Source: Pseudomonadota bacterium
GTDB taxonomy: Bacteria; Pseudomonadota; Alphaproteobacteria; UBA9219; RGZA01
Length of the DNA: 51,580 nucleotides
Direction of reading: 5' to 3'
NCBI GenBank assembly: GCA_048498415.1
Contig: JBEHYA010000003.1
Coordinates: 1-51,580, forward strand
Below the pieces are notes generated by a model that was not told the DNA's origin, made no database searches, and worked only from the letters and a program-made list of their open reading frames with translations. The translations under genes were made by a program, and so were the position numbers. This document shows positions 50,873 through 51,580 of this stretch, piece after piece. Each line of letters opens with the position of its first letter. Position 1 is the stretch's first letter.

Positions 50873-51499
50873 TTAGTCGAAATCGGCCGGGCGGTTGGGT
50901 TCGCGGTGGTGGCGGAACATGGCCTTGACCTGAAATTCCACGATGCGGTCGATGGAGAGCGGGGGAAGGTCGTCTTCGGCAAAATAGGCGGCGCCCAGCG
51001 TTTCGTTGCTGGGGGTGATGGTGCCGCCGGTGACCGCGCACATGAAAAACATTTTGTAGATGTGGAAAGGGAAGTGGGGTTCGTGCGGGTGTTTTTCGCG
51101 GTCGAACACGGCGGCGAGTTTGGTGATACGGGCGTGAAGGCCGCATTCCTCCCACACCTCGCGGATGATGCACTCGGATGGGGATTGGCTGACATCCGCC
51201 CAGCCGCCGGGGAGCGACCATTTTTCGTCGGAACGTTCCTGGACGAGCAGGATTTTATCGCCCTCAAAAATGGCGGCGCGCACATCGACCTTCGGCGTGG
51301 CGTAGCCGGCCTCATTCTTGAAAAGCTTTAGAATGTGTTCGGGCGGCGCATCCGGGGTGGCCAGCATTTCCGCGGCGATTTCGCGCAGGCGTTCATAGCG
51401 CGCAACCTGAAAATGGTTCTCGGCATAGGTAAGGCTGGTTTGCGACAGCGCCTGAATCTCACGCGCCCAGTTCAGCCATTTGGTGTTTGATGTAGCCAT
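50873..51499 (-). CDS. NUDIX hydrolase with Nudix_N domain (ADP-ribose pyrophosphatase-like)
   Basis: KWLNWAREIQALSQ, GYATPKVDVR, Nudix box GGWADVSQSPSECIIREVWEECG; ATG 51499. Confidence 0.9.
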   Translation of the reverse strand: MATSNTKWLNWAREIQALSQTSLTYAENHFQVARYERLREIAAEMLATPDAPPEHILKLFKNEAGYATPKVDVRAAIFEGDKILLVQERSDEKWSLPGGWADVSQSPSECIIREVWEECGLHARITKLAAVFDREKHPHEPHFPFHIYKMFFMCAVTGGTITPSNETLGAAYFAEDDLPPLSIDRIVEFQVKAMFRHHREPNRPADFD

Positions 51500-51519
51500 G
51501 ACTACTAATATAAGCACGA

Positions 51520-51547
51520 CCTCATCCCCGCGAAAGCGGGGATCCAG
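51520..51547. repeat. REP-like unit (any partner would lie beyond the window end)
   Basis: CCTCATCCCCGCGAAAGCGGGGATCCAG. Confidence 0.75.
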
Positions 51548-51580
51548 CTAAAGCCGCGTCTGCGGCTGAATATAATTTAG

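Noticed and set aside
50815-51315. 167-codon N-terminal extension of the DUF2946 ORF overlapping the NUDIX gene
   Set aside because: Off-frame shadow of a GC-rich gene; the DUF2946-like sequence starts at ATG 50814 and NUDIX is the recognisable product

Overview
A GC-rich alphaproteobacterial chromosomal segment, assigned from its two-piece permuted tmRNA, alpha-type SspB, divK-pleD and EipB. It is mostly housekeeping: gmhB, yejABEF, rpsU, uvrC, uvrB, cimA, cysS, gltX, thyA-folA, nhaA, prfC, aspS, rnd, ygfZ and TPP-riboswitch-thiC. About 14 REP/REPIN-like palindromic elements lie in the intergenic spaces. I saw no transposase, integrase, prophage, CRISPR array, rRNA or tRNA. Best novel-system candidate: a DUF2946 (CruR/CutF-type) leader ORF ending in the RAPP ribosome-arrest motif, upstream of three unrecognised co-oriented genes (two with Cys/His motifs) that converge on an HMA-MauE gene (46.2-50.8 kb). 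This may be a new metal (copper?)-regulated module. Other notable signals: a DARS1-like triple DnaA-box cluster upstream of uvrC, a perfect parS palindrome, a LuxO-like activator with a degenerate AAA+ domain, a LexA-type box over an apparently leaderless COQ9-family promoter, an orphan type IV pilin between cysS and cimA, a divergent SLT/lysozyme-like protein, and a 53-aa ORF missing from the ORF track. All calls come from reading the sequence and recalled family motifs; no database searches were run.
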